Shown here: positions 52,481 to 64,000 of the stretch, one piece after another | How the letters are laid out: each line of letters opens with the position of its first letter | Numbering within the stretch: the first letter of the stretch is position 1 | The notes under the pieces: model-generated | Database searches by the model: none | What the model was told of the DNA's origin: nothing | What the model saw: the letters and a program-made list of their open reading frames with translations, nothing else | Translations under genes and position numbers: made by a program | Source of the DNA: Octopus sinensis | Taxonomy: Eukaryota | Assembly (NCBI RefSeq): GCF_006345805.1 | Contig: NC_043005.1 | Span: 59,830,001 to 59,894,000, forward strand | DNA: 64,000 bases | Reading direction: 5' to 3'

Positions 52481-52953
52481 CCCCTCTTTTGATACACCGT
52501 GCGAATATTCATACAATGTGAATTTGAGCGTAGGAGTAAACCAAAATACAATACATATATTTGTTCAGTATAAACAAATCATTTGTGGAGGCTGTTTAGA
52601 CAATTTTCAGAACCGTCTTTCTCTCTCTCTCTGACTATGTGTGTGTATGTATGTGAATATATATAGATGTATAAATGTATGTATAATTACACGTTCATTA
52701 CTATACGTTCTATTATTCCTTAGAAGTGTGATTATGTTGCACACGTTTAAAAAGTGGATAAGAATATTGTTTAAATCTTCTGCATCAGGATGAGTTTCAT
52801 CTCTTTAACTGGTCACCAGGTTATCTGAAAAGTATGGTACTGTGACCGAAACATGTGAATGCGTTGCTTTCATACGCACAACAGACTATTTATTGCATAT
52901 ACCGAAGCTGCTTCATGGGTTAAATTTTCATATATTCTTCGATACATGTAATC

Positions 52954-53240
52954 TTAAAACCATATCGACAGAAAAATTGTTTTACGACACAAACGCCAAT
53001 TCCTAAACACTTTATCAGGATGAGTATTTCTTATTTCATTCAAACACTGCTTCCATTCGTGATTATTTTCTATATGGCTCTTCAGCAAACAAAGGTACAC
53101 AATATTTTTGCAGACAACTTTGTTAGAAGTAAGTAAAATCATTAGATATTGTTTACTTTCTTCTTATGCTGATGTCAAAAGTTTGAAGATAAAATAATGT
53201 TCCATGCGAAGGTTATGAATAACTATTGAGTTCACTTCAT
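52954..53240 (-). pseudogene. Possible ancient Helitron RepHel fragment
   Basis: EHYFIFKLL...LLTSNKVVCKNIVYLCLLKSHIENNHEWKQCLNE resembles ERYYLRLLL...DLRTVNG..C.TF.EAC...GLLEDD.EW..CL.E. Confidence 0.4.
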
Positions 53241-53972
53241 GCTTTCTTACTCTTCTCTCTCAGCATTTAAATATAATAGAGCAAATAAAATATTACATGA
53301 AATACTTGTTAAAACATCCCTCCTTAATTTATCTTAGAATATATAGTAAATCGTGTAGATTGAATACACGCATGAATGATTTGCATGAATTACGATAACT
53401 TAATGAAAGTCAACAGTATAGAATATTTGTTCTACCTGAAGCTCAAACAATCTCCATCGGCAATTTTCATAATTTGTAACTTTGTTGCATGGAATTTCAT
53501 TTTAATCATCATGTGTGCAATATATTTTCTCTTCACCGAAAACATAAAGTAATCGACAAATTTGCAGATGTACTTGTATTAGTAGTTTACGGTTTTAATT
53601 AAGGCACTCTTAAAATTTAATTAAGTTTTTAATTAAGGCATTCTTCTCTGATCTGAGAAGTTTATCTTCGCATAAAAGACGGAGTCCTTTGGTAACCACG
53701 AGTACAAGACTCTCAGTTATGTGGAACTATATACTAGCTACGCAACTGAATGTTCATTTCCTCAATGTGCTCATAGAATCAACTCTCTGTAAAAATGCAT
53801 ATACACACGGACACATCCGTACACACTTTACTTTATAAGTGCACATCTGCATGAATATTTGCATATAACGTTAAACACACACACATACATACATATACAT
53901 ACATATATATATAAACATATGTGTGTGTGTATGTCTATATAATATATATATATGTGCGTGTGTATAATATAT

Positions 53973-54018
<46 letters not shown>

Positions 54019-54413
54019 TAAGCTTTCACGCACCCATCCATCCATCCATCTATCCGTCCATACATACATACATACATATTCATATTCCGAAACAGAAGGT
54101 ATCCATGAGAATGGTTTGCTGTCACCGTCTGTGAAACGTATGAATCAGTATTGTGCCACACATTCGTCTACAATTCCTGGGCTTTCCACATCATTAATTT
54201 CTTTAGCCGCTGCCTATGTACCCACCTCTTTTTTTTCTGTAGGTGGCGTAAGATGGCTCTAATTGCAATTTTTCACGACTCATTATCAAAGTCGTAAAAT
54301 AAAGAATAATTCAGCAACGAATGCACAGTAGGTGTATCAAATTAAGTAACATGGGGATACAAGTTACCAAATATCATCAGTAAAAATCCGAATAAATGTT
54401 GACACAACCAGTC

Positions 54414-54455
<42 letters not shown>

Positions 54456-54477
54456 GTATGTGCGTGTTTTTGTTTAA

Positions 54478-54513
<36 letters not shown>

Positions 54514-54689
54514 ATGTGTGTGTTTGTGTGTATGGGTGGTGGGTGCGTGTGTATGCATATATATGTGTGTATGTATATATATATATATATATATATAAAT
54601 ATATATGCATAGAGAGAGAGAGAAAGAGAGAAATGGGGAAATAGTTATAGATATATGCTGCGATATGACTTCATATTTTTACGTATATG

Positions 54690-54792
<103 letters not shown>

Positions 54793-57227
54793 ACATTTAT
54801 CTATACATACATACACGAATTTCATTGGGTATGTGTAAACAATTTTCCCTTTCATTAATTAAATACTAGTCGGTTTCTTGTCACTGCACCAGATTTTACC
54901 GAAATGTTATGTTTTAAACTGTTAGAATTTCTACAATAGCATGAATGGGGGAATTTGTGCTTTAGTTCTTCAACACCTTCTAACTATGTCTCTATGTTAT
55001 AACTTGATTGATTACACCGCATACGATTCACTCTGCCTAGATTAACCAGTTTTAACTTGACTAAAACAATTCCGCTTAATTTCCCTTGACATTTCAAACT
55101 TACTGGAATTGAGCTGTATAATGTCGTTCCACTTGAATAAATAAACTTTTGTAACTACATTTCCCAGTTCTATATAATTTCTAAGTTCATTGTGAAATAA
55201 GTAGAATGAAGTACATTCAACGTTTTGAAGATTTGTCAGTTCGGTGTATGTCTGCTCTGTATGTCAGCCGAAGAGATGCAATGATGTGAAAGCTGATAAC
55301 GGTGTCTTAGATGCGGATGACATTGAGTAATCTGAGGTGATGGCGGGGAGATCGCTGTGCGTGGATCGTCTGTTCAATGGGGTATATGGTAACATGCACT
55401 ACTTCTCTGCCTTTTTCTTGGCAGGTGTGTATCACAAATGGCAGCAAACCTTCAAACAAAATCCGGCATCATAAACTAAATCTTAGTATATTTTTCTTTT
55501 GTTTTAATGTTTAACACTGTATTAATGATTGAGTCTTTTTCCCTTTAATGGGAGCCACTTTCTATTCACCTGTATCTGTCTATCTTCTTTTCTCAGTTCA
55601 CATAAACGCTTATATATATACGTAAACACGAAGTATTTCATCGCACTGTACGAGGGAAAACTATTTTATTGACAGATTCAGAGATATATAGCATACCAAT
55701 AAAACTCGTCATTCTACAATACCCTTTGTATCCTTTGAGGAATCATTTATTCCGAGCAAGTAACATCGATTGACAGCGAAATGTTGACGGTCATTTGGGA
55801 GTTGGATACGTTAGTCAAAGACAGAACACGGAATAAATCGAAGAAAAAATTGAATTCTCTATACACCAGGTTTATCCTCCACTCGGATTATTATCAGATC
55901 AGCCAAGTGCAGTGCAGTTTGTCCTAATAGTTCGAACTTCTGAAGCTCTTACTATACTTACTATAGTAAAATTAACTAGTAAATAAAAAGATATCAATAA
56001 TTCTTTTTGAATTATGAACATCAACATGAAAGTCTGTAAGAGGTTATCTCGCTCCATTTAGATCACTAATAATCTCGGAAAAAGTTAAAAACATCACAAT
56101 AGTCGCTTCATCGATGGTCAATAGTCTAGATCATCACGCGTCAATGACTTTTATCTCCGCGAGAGATTCACTCTAAAAGCAAATGCAGTACATGAAGAGG
56201 ATAAACTTAATGAACCGTTTACGTGATAGAGTTTCGAGAAGTCTGTTGCTATTTTCGTTTCATTTACGCTCCAACAATGAAATGAAAACGAAGTGAACAT
56301 TACGATTGGTGCATAGCTATGGTTTCTCGGAGTTATATGGAAATGGTATACTTCTACCTGATACTGTGTCGGAAAATATTCATCCCCTTTTTTTTTCTTT
56401 TTTGAGAAGTAGGTAACTGGAGTGAGTTGAAGGAGCTATCTACTAAACATAACATCTATGTCACTATGTGTGCTTGTGTGTGTGTGTATGTGTGTGTGTG
56501 TGTGTGTGTAGTGTTAGGTGTGATGTACAGAAATTGCATACTGAGAAAAGAGTCGTCAGAGTTTTGGAAAAAATAATCTTTTTATTTCTTCATTATTATT
56601 AGCACTTTTGTTCGTTTGTCGAACTTGTCAAATAAATTTTGTGAATGTACTAACAGTTTTTTCATTTATATACAACATATGTTTTTGGGGGCGCTTTGTT
56701 TAGAATAGAACATTGTTTTTGTTTTTTGGGATGAGGTTCCATTGCAATGGAGATAGATAGATAGATATATAGGTAGGTAGATAGGCTGATAGATAGATCA
56801 ACCCCCACCCTACACAATCCAACCCCACCTTCCCTATCCATCCCATCCCATTCCCACCCCATGCTTTACACCCAAACCCACATACTACACCTCTACCCCA
56901 CTCTCAGCCTAACCTACACACCACCCTTGCTTTCCCAACTTTAGCCTCCCCCACATCCCAACGCCACCACACCACACCACACCACAAACCACCACACCAC
57001 ACACCTACACATGCAAACACGCACATGTCAAGGTCACCAGCCATCTTCCACACGCACATACATGCTCTCCTATATACATGCACGCGCACCTTTCTTCTGG
57101 GATCACCACTACTTTATTATCTCCTTTTCTTCCTAGCTCTTCTGTGTGCCCCCGCTGTCCGGCATTCGTCATGTTAGAACGCTAGCCACTACACATTCTT
57201 TATATTCTCTCCTTGTCCAAGTCCCAA

Positions 57228-57485
57228 AATTGTAAAAACGGATGTGAGATTTTCAATACCTCGTTTTTTTTTTTTGTAAAAATAATAATGTTTTAATTTG
57301 TAAATTGACCAGTAAGACCAATAATTGTAAAAATGGAAGTAAGAGGTTCAGTACATCAGTCTGTTTTTGTGATAAAAATAATAATGTCTCAATTTGTAAA
57401 TGGACTATTAAGTCCAATAGCTGTAAAACGGAAGTAAGAGGTTCAATACTTCAGTTTTTTTTTGTGTTAAAAATAATGTTTTAGA
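57228..57485 (+). repeat. Minisatellite, ~95-bp unit x ~2.6
   Basis: Repeating tgtaaaa(a)cggaagtaagaggttca.tac.tcagt...aaaaataataatgt...aatttgtaaat.gac. Confidence 0.85.
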
Positions 57486-57621
57486 GAAGCAAAATTCGGC
57501 GGGAGTTTTTTGTCTTCTCTCATTAATATCATTTTATTTCATGATTCATCTCATCAATGTTTCTGTCCAGCCCGCAAGCTACTCTGTATCATGCCTTTCT
57601 GGCAAAATGTTTTGAAATAAA

Positions 57622-57767
57622 GTAGCTTACTTACGAACCACATTGTTCCGAGTTCAGTCGCACTGCGTGGCACCTTGGGCTGGTGTCTTCTACTATAGCC
57701 CCGGGCCTACCAAAGACTTGTGAGTGGATTTGGTAGACGGAAACTGAAAGACGCCTGTCGTATATAA

Positions 57768-57854
<87 letters not shown>

Positions 57855-58050
57855 TGTCTGTTTTTGTCTCCACAACATCGCTTGACAACCGATGTTGGTG
57901 TGTTTACGTCCCCGTAAATTAGCGGTTCGGCAAAAGAGACCGATAAAATAAGTACTAGGCTTACAAAGAATAAATGCTGGGGTCGATTTGTTCGACTCAA
58001 GGCGGTGCTCCAGCATGGGCACAATACAATAACTGGAACAAGTAAAAAGT
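57622..58050 (+). mobile_element. SINE family A
   Basis: Close match to 58508-58922 with an expanded internal (TA)n(TG)n. Confidence 0.9.
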
Positions 58051-58071
58051 GTATACACACACACACACTCG

Positions 58072-58107
<36 letters not shown>

Positions 58108-58155
58108 CACACATATATATAAATATACACCCACATACATATATATATATACATA

Positions 58156-59592
58156 TCTAATATCTTTATATATATAAAACTGAGAATGTGGGTCTATCTG
58201 TCTGTCTGTCTGTGTGTTTCCCTAAAACTTGAGAACTACACAACCGATTTCATTCAAATTTAACACATGCCTTACTTAGAGTCCGGGGAGTGTCATCGGC
58301 AAACAAAAAATGTTCAATTTCTTGCCTAGAGCGAGCCCATAGCAATATCATATCTTCTCCTCTATTTCAGTATTACGTGTTAAAAGTGAAACAAAAACAT
58401 TTCTCTATTTTATGTCAGATACTTTCACTTTAACAATAAAAATAATAATAACAATTGAATTATTTGTAGTAAGTAATAATTAAAATCAAACTAAAGTATA
58501 ATATAATAGGCGCAGGAGTGGCTGTGTGGTAAGTAGCTTGCTAACCAACCACATGGTTCCGGGTTCAGTCCCACTGCGTGGCATCTTGGGCAAGTGTCTT
58601 CTGCTATAGCCCCGGGCCGACCAAGGCCTTGTGAGTGGATCTGGTAGACGGAAACTGAAAGAAGCCTTTTGTATATATGTACATATATATATGTATGTAT
58701 GTGTGTGTTTGTGTGTCTGTGTTTGTACCCCTAGCATTGCTTGACAACCGATGCATGTGTGTTTACGTCCCCGTCACTTAGCGGTTCGGCAAAAGAGACC
58801 GATAGAATAAGTACTGGGCTTACAAAGAATAAGTCCCGGGGTCGATTTGCTCGACTAAAGGCGGTGCTCCAGCATGGCCGCAGTCAAATGACTGAAACAA
58901 GTAAAAGAGTAAAGAGAGAGAGTATAATCGTAACATAACAAAAGTAAAAATGGCAATTGGTATAAAATTGCAGGAATGATTTGAACTTGAATAAGTGGTT
59001 TCACATGAAGGGAATAAATTAAAAATAAAATTAGCGTGCAGAAATGGAATAGTCCAGACGGATAATAAAAAATTAAATTAAAGAAAAGACTATTGTCTTT
59101 AAAGTATACAATGTAGAGAAACCTGGAGGAAAGCACCTTCGAAAAGTGTCTTGATGCGACTATTAAAGGTATCTAATCAGAGGCGGTAAATTCGCCACAA
59201 TAGAAGCAAGGTTCGAGTCAACGGAACATGCAAAGGAGTACTCGACTCGAACTTGCAAAGTGGAAATATTTTATTTTTACCTTTATATCTGGGACATAGG
59301 ACGTCCCGGAAAAAAATAAAAAATCCACCCCCCCAGATGTGGCTGGATTGTAGCCACACTTCTATACAAGAGAGGGGACAAGATACAATTGATCGAAATT
59401 ACAAGAGACGGGCTAACAATTCCAGTCTGTTATATATTTTGAGTATTGTTATCACTAGCGATATCAAGATATAACTTTGTATTTTGTATTTTATGTGTAG
59501 ATGTATATATATATATAGATGTACATGTAATATGTACACATATATACATGCACTAGCACTATGACCCGGCAACGACGGGTCTTTAATGCTAG
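58156..59592 (+). mobile_element. Non-autonomous Helitron with nested SINE
   Basis: 5' a|TC...tataaaactgagaatg.(ctgt)n..aaccgatttcattcaaattt; 3' hairpin gacccg-gcaacga-cgggtc, then CTAG|t at 59589-59593. Pairing of the two ends is inferred. Confidence 0.7.
58508..58922 (+). mobile_element. SINE family A, full length
   Basis: ggcgcaggagtggctgtgtggtaag (A box), gggttcagtccc (B box), tcttgggcaag (CORE-like start), internal microsatellite, tail actgaaacaagtaaaagag. Confidence 0.92.
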
Positions 59593-59624
59593 TCTGTATA
59601 TATATGTGTGTGTCTACATATATA

Positions 59625-59892
59625 TACAGTTCTATAATTAAGAGATGAGGAATTATTTACATTTATTTACATTTGAGGGATATTTATCATATTGTTAACA
59701 CAGCGTATCCGCTGATATACCTCCCAGCCTTTATCAGGTGCCTTAGGGAAATTTCGAACCTGGGTTCTCGTTCTTAAGGTATTTTTCGATGTTATTATTA
59801 TCACTATTATTATTTTTCAGGTCACTGCCTGGAATCGAACTTGGAATATTCTGGGGTTAGTAGCCCGTGCTATTAACCACAACGTCATGGGC
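59625..59892 (-). mobile_element. tRNA-headed short element with hammerhead-like tail (copy 2)
   Basis: Minus strand: gcccatgacgttgtggttaatagcacgggctactaacccc...agttcgattccagg...ggcac-ctgataa-aggctg..cagcg-gata-cgct-gtgtt; flanked by TA repeats. Confidence 0.75.
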
Positions 59893-59893
59893 A

Positions 59894-59941
<48 letters not shown>

Positions 59942-60045
59942 TATATGAAAGAATGGAGTTGAACGACTAGTTAACAAATATATTTTATTCTCTCGAGAAT
60001 AAAGGTTATTTGTTAACTAGTCGTTCAACTCCATTCTTTCATATA
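59942..60045. repeat. ~104-bp palindrome with perfect 39-bp arms
   Basis: 59942-59980 is the exact reverse complement of 60007-60045; the inner tttattctc/gagaataaa also pairs. Confidence 0.95.
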
Positions 60046-60203
60046 ATTATAATTTTAAAATAAACATACAAATTTCCGCACGAAGACACGTAGTCTATGC
60101 CCTAGGGACGTAGCTTCAACCGTGTTCTTTCTGATGTGAATTTGCTACCCAGGTATCGGTTATCTTTCGAATTATCCTTAATAAGATAATTCATTCAATT
60201 ACT

Positions 60204-60251
<48 letters not shown>

Positions 60252-60989
60252 CGTACGTACGTATATGTAATCTTAATACTGCAGAGTTCGTAATTACACA
60301 TTAATAGTTTAATTTTTAATTTTACATATTTTAATGAAATAATTTGATCGAATTATTATATTCTAATTTCCACCTTAATGCGTATATATGCTTAGCAGAG
60401 CACCTCACTGAAAGTTTACACGCAATATGCAGCAGCATTGATTGAACAATTGCTATATTTCTGTAGTATGTTATTGTGTTTAACTGTCAAGAGTAACCAT
60501 GTTGCATCTTGAAAATTGAAAACTGTTTGTTTCAAGACTATTTGATCAAGAATATTTGACAGTCATTCCTGGTACGAAGAGTGAATATATTCAGGTCACG
60601 CATTGACTCAGCAACATATTCCAAAGCCGTAGAAAGACTTAAATTTTGATATCTCTGCTGCTGCTGTTACTGCTACAATTACTACTACTACTACTACTAC
60701 TATCATTACTACCACCACCACTACTGCCACCACCACCACCACTACCACTACCACTACTACTACTACTACTACTACTAATAATAATAATAATGATAATAAT
60801 ATTACTGCTGCTGCTGCTGCTATCTCTTCTGTCTTATGAAAGTGAGTATATAATATGTGCGTCTTGACGCGGCCGCAAGCGGTTCACTTCACCACGGCAT
60901 GATTTTGTCACCCTTGTTAGATTCGGTACCCCCCTCAATTTCATGTTATGTATCTGAACAAATGACTAATGTACTTCATTGCTCTTTGA

Positions 60990-61460
60990 TTTGAATGGGG
61001 AAGTTTCTGAAAAAATTACCTGATATGGCTTGTCATTCAATATGATATCTATGGCCAGGAAAACCTATCCTGCATTGAACAACAATTTCAACGATAATTT
61101 AAACGTGTTCCTTTAACGTTGTTCCGACGCTAGAAATGTTTATCGCCACCATGACAACTCTAGTCTATCAAGGCCATTTTTAAGTTCAGTCTTCATAGTC
61201 TAGCTTTTTGCCGTATAGGGAAGAATGGTCGTTAAATATGTCCTAATGAGAGCCAGTGTTGTCCACTTAAAAACATTTTTCTAACAGTTTTTTTTTTGGG
61301 GGGGGGGGATATTTGTACTTTCAGAAGACGTATAGACGAGCAAAGGTTTTCCAAGTGAACCACATTAATTTGAGGATTTCTGTAAACTATTTGATATAAT
61401 GAACAGAAGGGCCCTTAATATCAGGCTGAAATTTGACACCCCAGATGAGACGGTAACACA
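60990..61460 (+). pseudogene. Possible decayed mariner transposase fragment
   Basis: RNVYRHHDNS at ~61132-61160 resembles the mariner HHDNA motif; the rest is highly degenerate. Confidence 0.3.
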
Positions 61461-62724
61461 TAACACAAAGGATTATGAGTTGATCTAGCTACTGCTCAGG
61501 AGTTTCTTTTTGACTTGTTTTGGTAAAGTATATTAAAAGAAAATCTGCTTAATGTATCTCATACATTACCACGCGGGTGTAGACAGCATCATAAACTTCA
61601 AGAAAATTGGTAAATTTATATGGGAGGCAACTTTACAGCAATGGATATAAAATACAATATATATATATATATATACCTTAGTGAAGAAAACAATAAAAGA
61701 CTAAGTTCTTTCAAAGCACTGATATTAAAATCTTTAGCAGTCATTGGTGTTCAGAATCCGAACAACTTCAATCGAGCAAGGCTTTTATGACCATCTCTGG
61801 TACAGACAGACATTACTAAAAATATATATATAATAATAATAATAATGTTGTTGGATATCAAGCTGCTGTTTCTAGCAGGTCTACCAATTGCTTGTTATCA
61901 ATAATGGTTGTGTTCGGTGGTGGGCAACCTACATTGAAACAATCACAATCATGACATACTGTCGCATAAAGATAGAGCAAATACTTAATAAGCAAATACT
62001 TATAATGCTATATAAAATGCAATGCTTTAGAATCAAATTTACACTAATCTTAGTTCATTGTGTTTATGATATATTTCAATGGCTGCATTGAAGCTATCAA
62101 GTATGTAATACTCTAAATTTACATACTGTCCAGAAATCGTATCTGCAATGTGATTCAAAACATTGCATAAAATGTAATCTTGTGAGGGGGTAGAATGTAT
62201 GCTCCGAATATAGCGAACTAAATCCATTCTCAAGCAGTTTAGCTTTAAACATATAAATCTTATAGGATAAAGGCTGTTCCATTATAAGAATACATTATTA
62301 GTACACGGTTGTCACCATTATATCTGATTTTACAGCAATAACGTTCATCATGCAAAATTCGTCTCTTTTATTATAGCTCATATAAAAAATGCGTGGCCGA
62401 GTGATTAGTGTATTCAGTTCGTAATCATAAGTTTGCGGTTTCAATTCCTGAACTGAAAGTGTCTTGCGTTCTTGAGCAGGTACTAAATTTCACATTGGTC
62501 TTCTACGCTTCCACCTCCCTTTCATTTCTTCTTCCCCTTCCTCTTCTGCTCCTTATCCCCCTCCTCCACCTCTTTCCCCTTCCTCTTCTTCCTCCTTCTT
62601 CCCCTCCATCTCCCTCTTTCCCCCTCCTATTCCCCTACTTCCTCTCCTACACCTCTTTCCCTCCTCTTCATCGCCCCTTCCACTTCCTCGTCCTACCTCA
62701 CTCTTCATCAGCATTGTCATCTCA

Positions 62725-62768
<44 letters not shown>

Positions 62769-62894
62769 CACCACCACCACCACCACCACTACTACTTCTA
62801 CTACTACTACTACTACGATTACTACAACTACTGCAACTACTACTACTATTACTACAAGGCTACAAAATACTGCTGTTGTACACCACGGTAACAG

Positions 62895-63100
62895 CACTGA
62901 CAGAATCGTTGGTATGCAGGGCAAAGTGCCCAGCGGCATTCTGTCCGACTTTACGGTTGGAGTAAAAATTCCACCGAGGTTTTCTTTGCCTTACGTCCTT
63001 TCGGGATCGATAAAACAAGTACAATTAAACACTAGCGTCGATACAATCGCCTTCCCCACACTCTAGAAATTGCTGGTTTTATGCTAAAATTGGAAACCAA
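62895..63100 (+). mobile_element. SINE family B, degenerate
   Basis: cactgacagaatcgttgg...aaattccaccgagg..tctttgccttacgtcctttcgggatcgataaaacaagtac. Confidence 0.75.
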
Positions 63101-63545
63101 TATTTAGGAGAGTGATGATACACACTTAGTAGGCAAGAAACAGTACATGCTACATCGAAAAGAGATGGTGTATATACATATATCCATAAACACATACTCA
63201 CATATATATTTGTGTGCGCGTGTGAGCATGAGTTCGTCTATGTGTGTATTTGTGTGCGCTCGTGTGTATATATATATATATTTTATATATATATATATAT
63301 TTCGTTTTGGAATTTGGTTTGTAAGATTCTTTATGTGAGTTTGTGTGTTGGAGCATATTCTGTCGTGTCCGGGGAGAGTTACTTTTTTTTGTGCCTTATA
63401 ATTTAACACACACTCTTGAAAAGGTTGCAACACGCAACGAAAATTTTAGGAAAATAAAAATAAGAAATAAGTAGAAATTTTAACGGTGAGTGTGTTAAAT
63501 TATAAGGCACAAGGAAAAAAATTGACTCTCCCCTGACACAACAGT

Positions 63546-63601
63546 ATGTACGTACGTACGTACATACATACACACACACACACACACACATACATACATA
63601 G

Positions 63602-63647
<46 letters not shown>

Positions 63648-63835
63648 ACACACATACATACATACATGCATGCATGCATGCATGCATACATACATACATA
63701 CATACATACATACATGCATGCATGCATGCATGCATGCATGCATGCATGCATGCATGCATACATACATACATACATACATACATACATACATACATACATA
63801 CATACCTACCTACCTACCTACCTACCTACCTACCT
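63546..63835. repeat. Compound (CA)/(CATA)/(CATG)/(CCTA) microsatellite
   Basis: Direct reading. Confidence 0.95.
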
Positions 63836-64000
63836 GGCACTCCCCAGGTGCTTCGGCAACGAGTTCTCTTCAACGACTGGTTCCGATCAACGGAACAGAC
63901 TGGTCCTGGAATCAACGAGCCTCCGCAAACACGCGTGCACTCAATGTAGTTCTCAGAGACATTGAGTTTGACACAGAATGTGACAGGGCTGGTCTTTCGA
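63833..64000 (+). mobile_element. SINE family D fragment running off the window
   Basis: ccgatcaacggaacag...gtagttctcagagacattgagtttgacacagaatgtgacagggctgg; related segments at ~3445-3560 and ~31750-31900 (-). Confidence 0.55.

Noticed and set aside
52780-52865. gcatc-aggatga...cGAAA-catg-tg-aatgc HHR-like relic
   Set aside because: Too many core deviations, including G at the cleavage position.
56790-57220. C-rich (ccaca) tract followed by pyrimidine-rich sequence, possibly a PLE 3' UTR
   Set aside because: No ORF, HHR or second copy in the window to support a call.

Overview
AT-rich, repeat-dense eukaryotic (animal) DNA. The SINE families and the density of (TA)n/(CA)n/(ATCT)n microsatellites suggest an octopod cephalopod; this is an inference from repeat content. 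No host protein-coding gene could be called with confidence, and nearly all listed ORFs are microsatellite artefacts. Recognisable content: several tRNA-derived SINE families in many copies, two Penelope-like (GIY-YIG) retroelement remnants, two decayed R4/Dong-like non-LTR reverse transcriptases, several Helitron derivatives (one with a PIF1-type helicase remnant), and mariner MITEs/relics. The main signal is about a dozen minimal type I hammerhead-ribozyme (HHR) motifs from several unrelated repeat families, often on the arms of long inverted repeats. They include a ~450-480 bp retrozyme-like tandem/palindromic array (49.6-50.8 kb), a foldback with intact HHR cores (36.1-36.9 kb), and a two-copy element fusing a tRNA-like Pol III head to an HHR-bearing tail (15.9 kb and 59.6 kb), a candidate Penelope-mobilised ribozyme SINE. 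All alignments were made by eye and boundaries are approximate.
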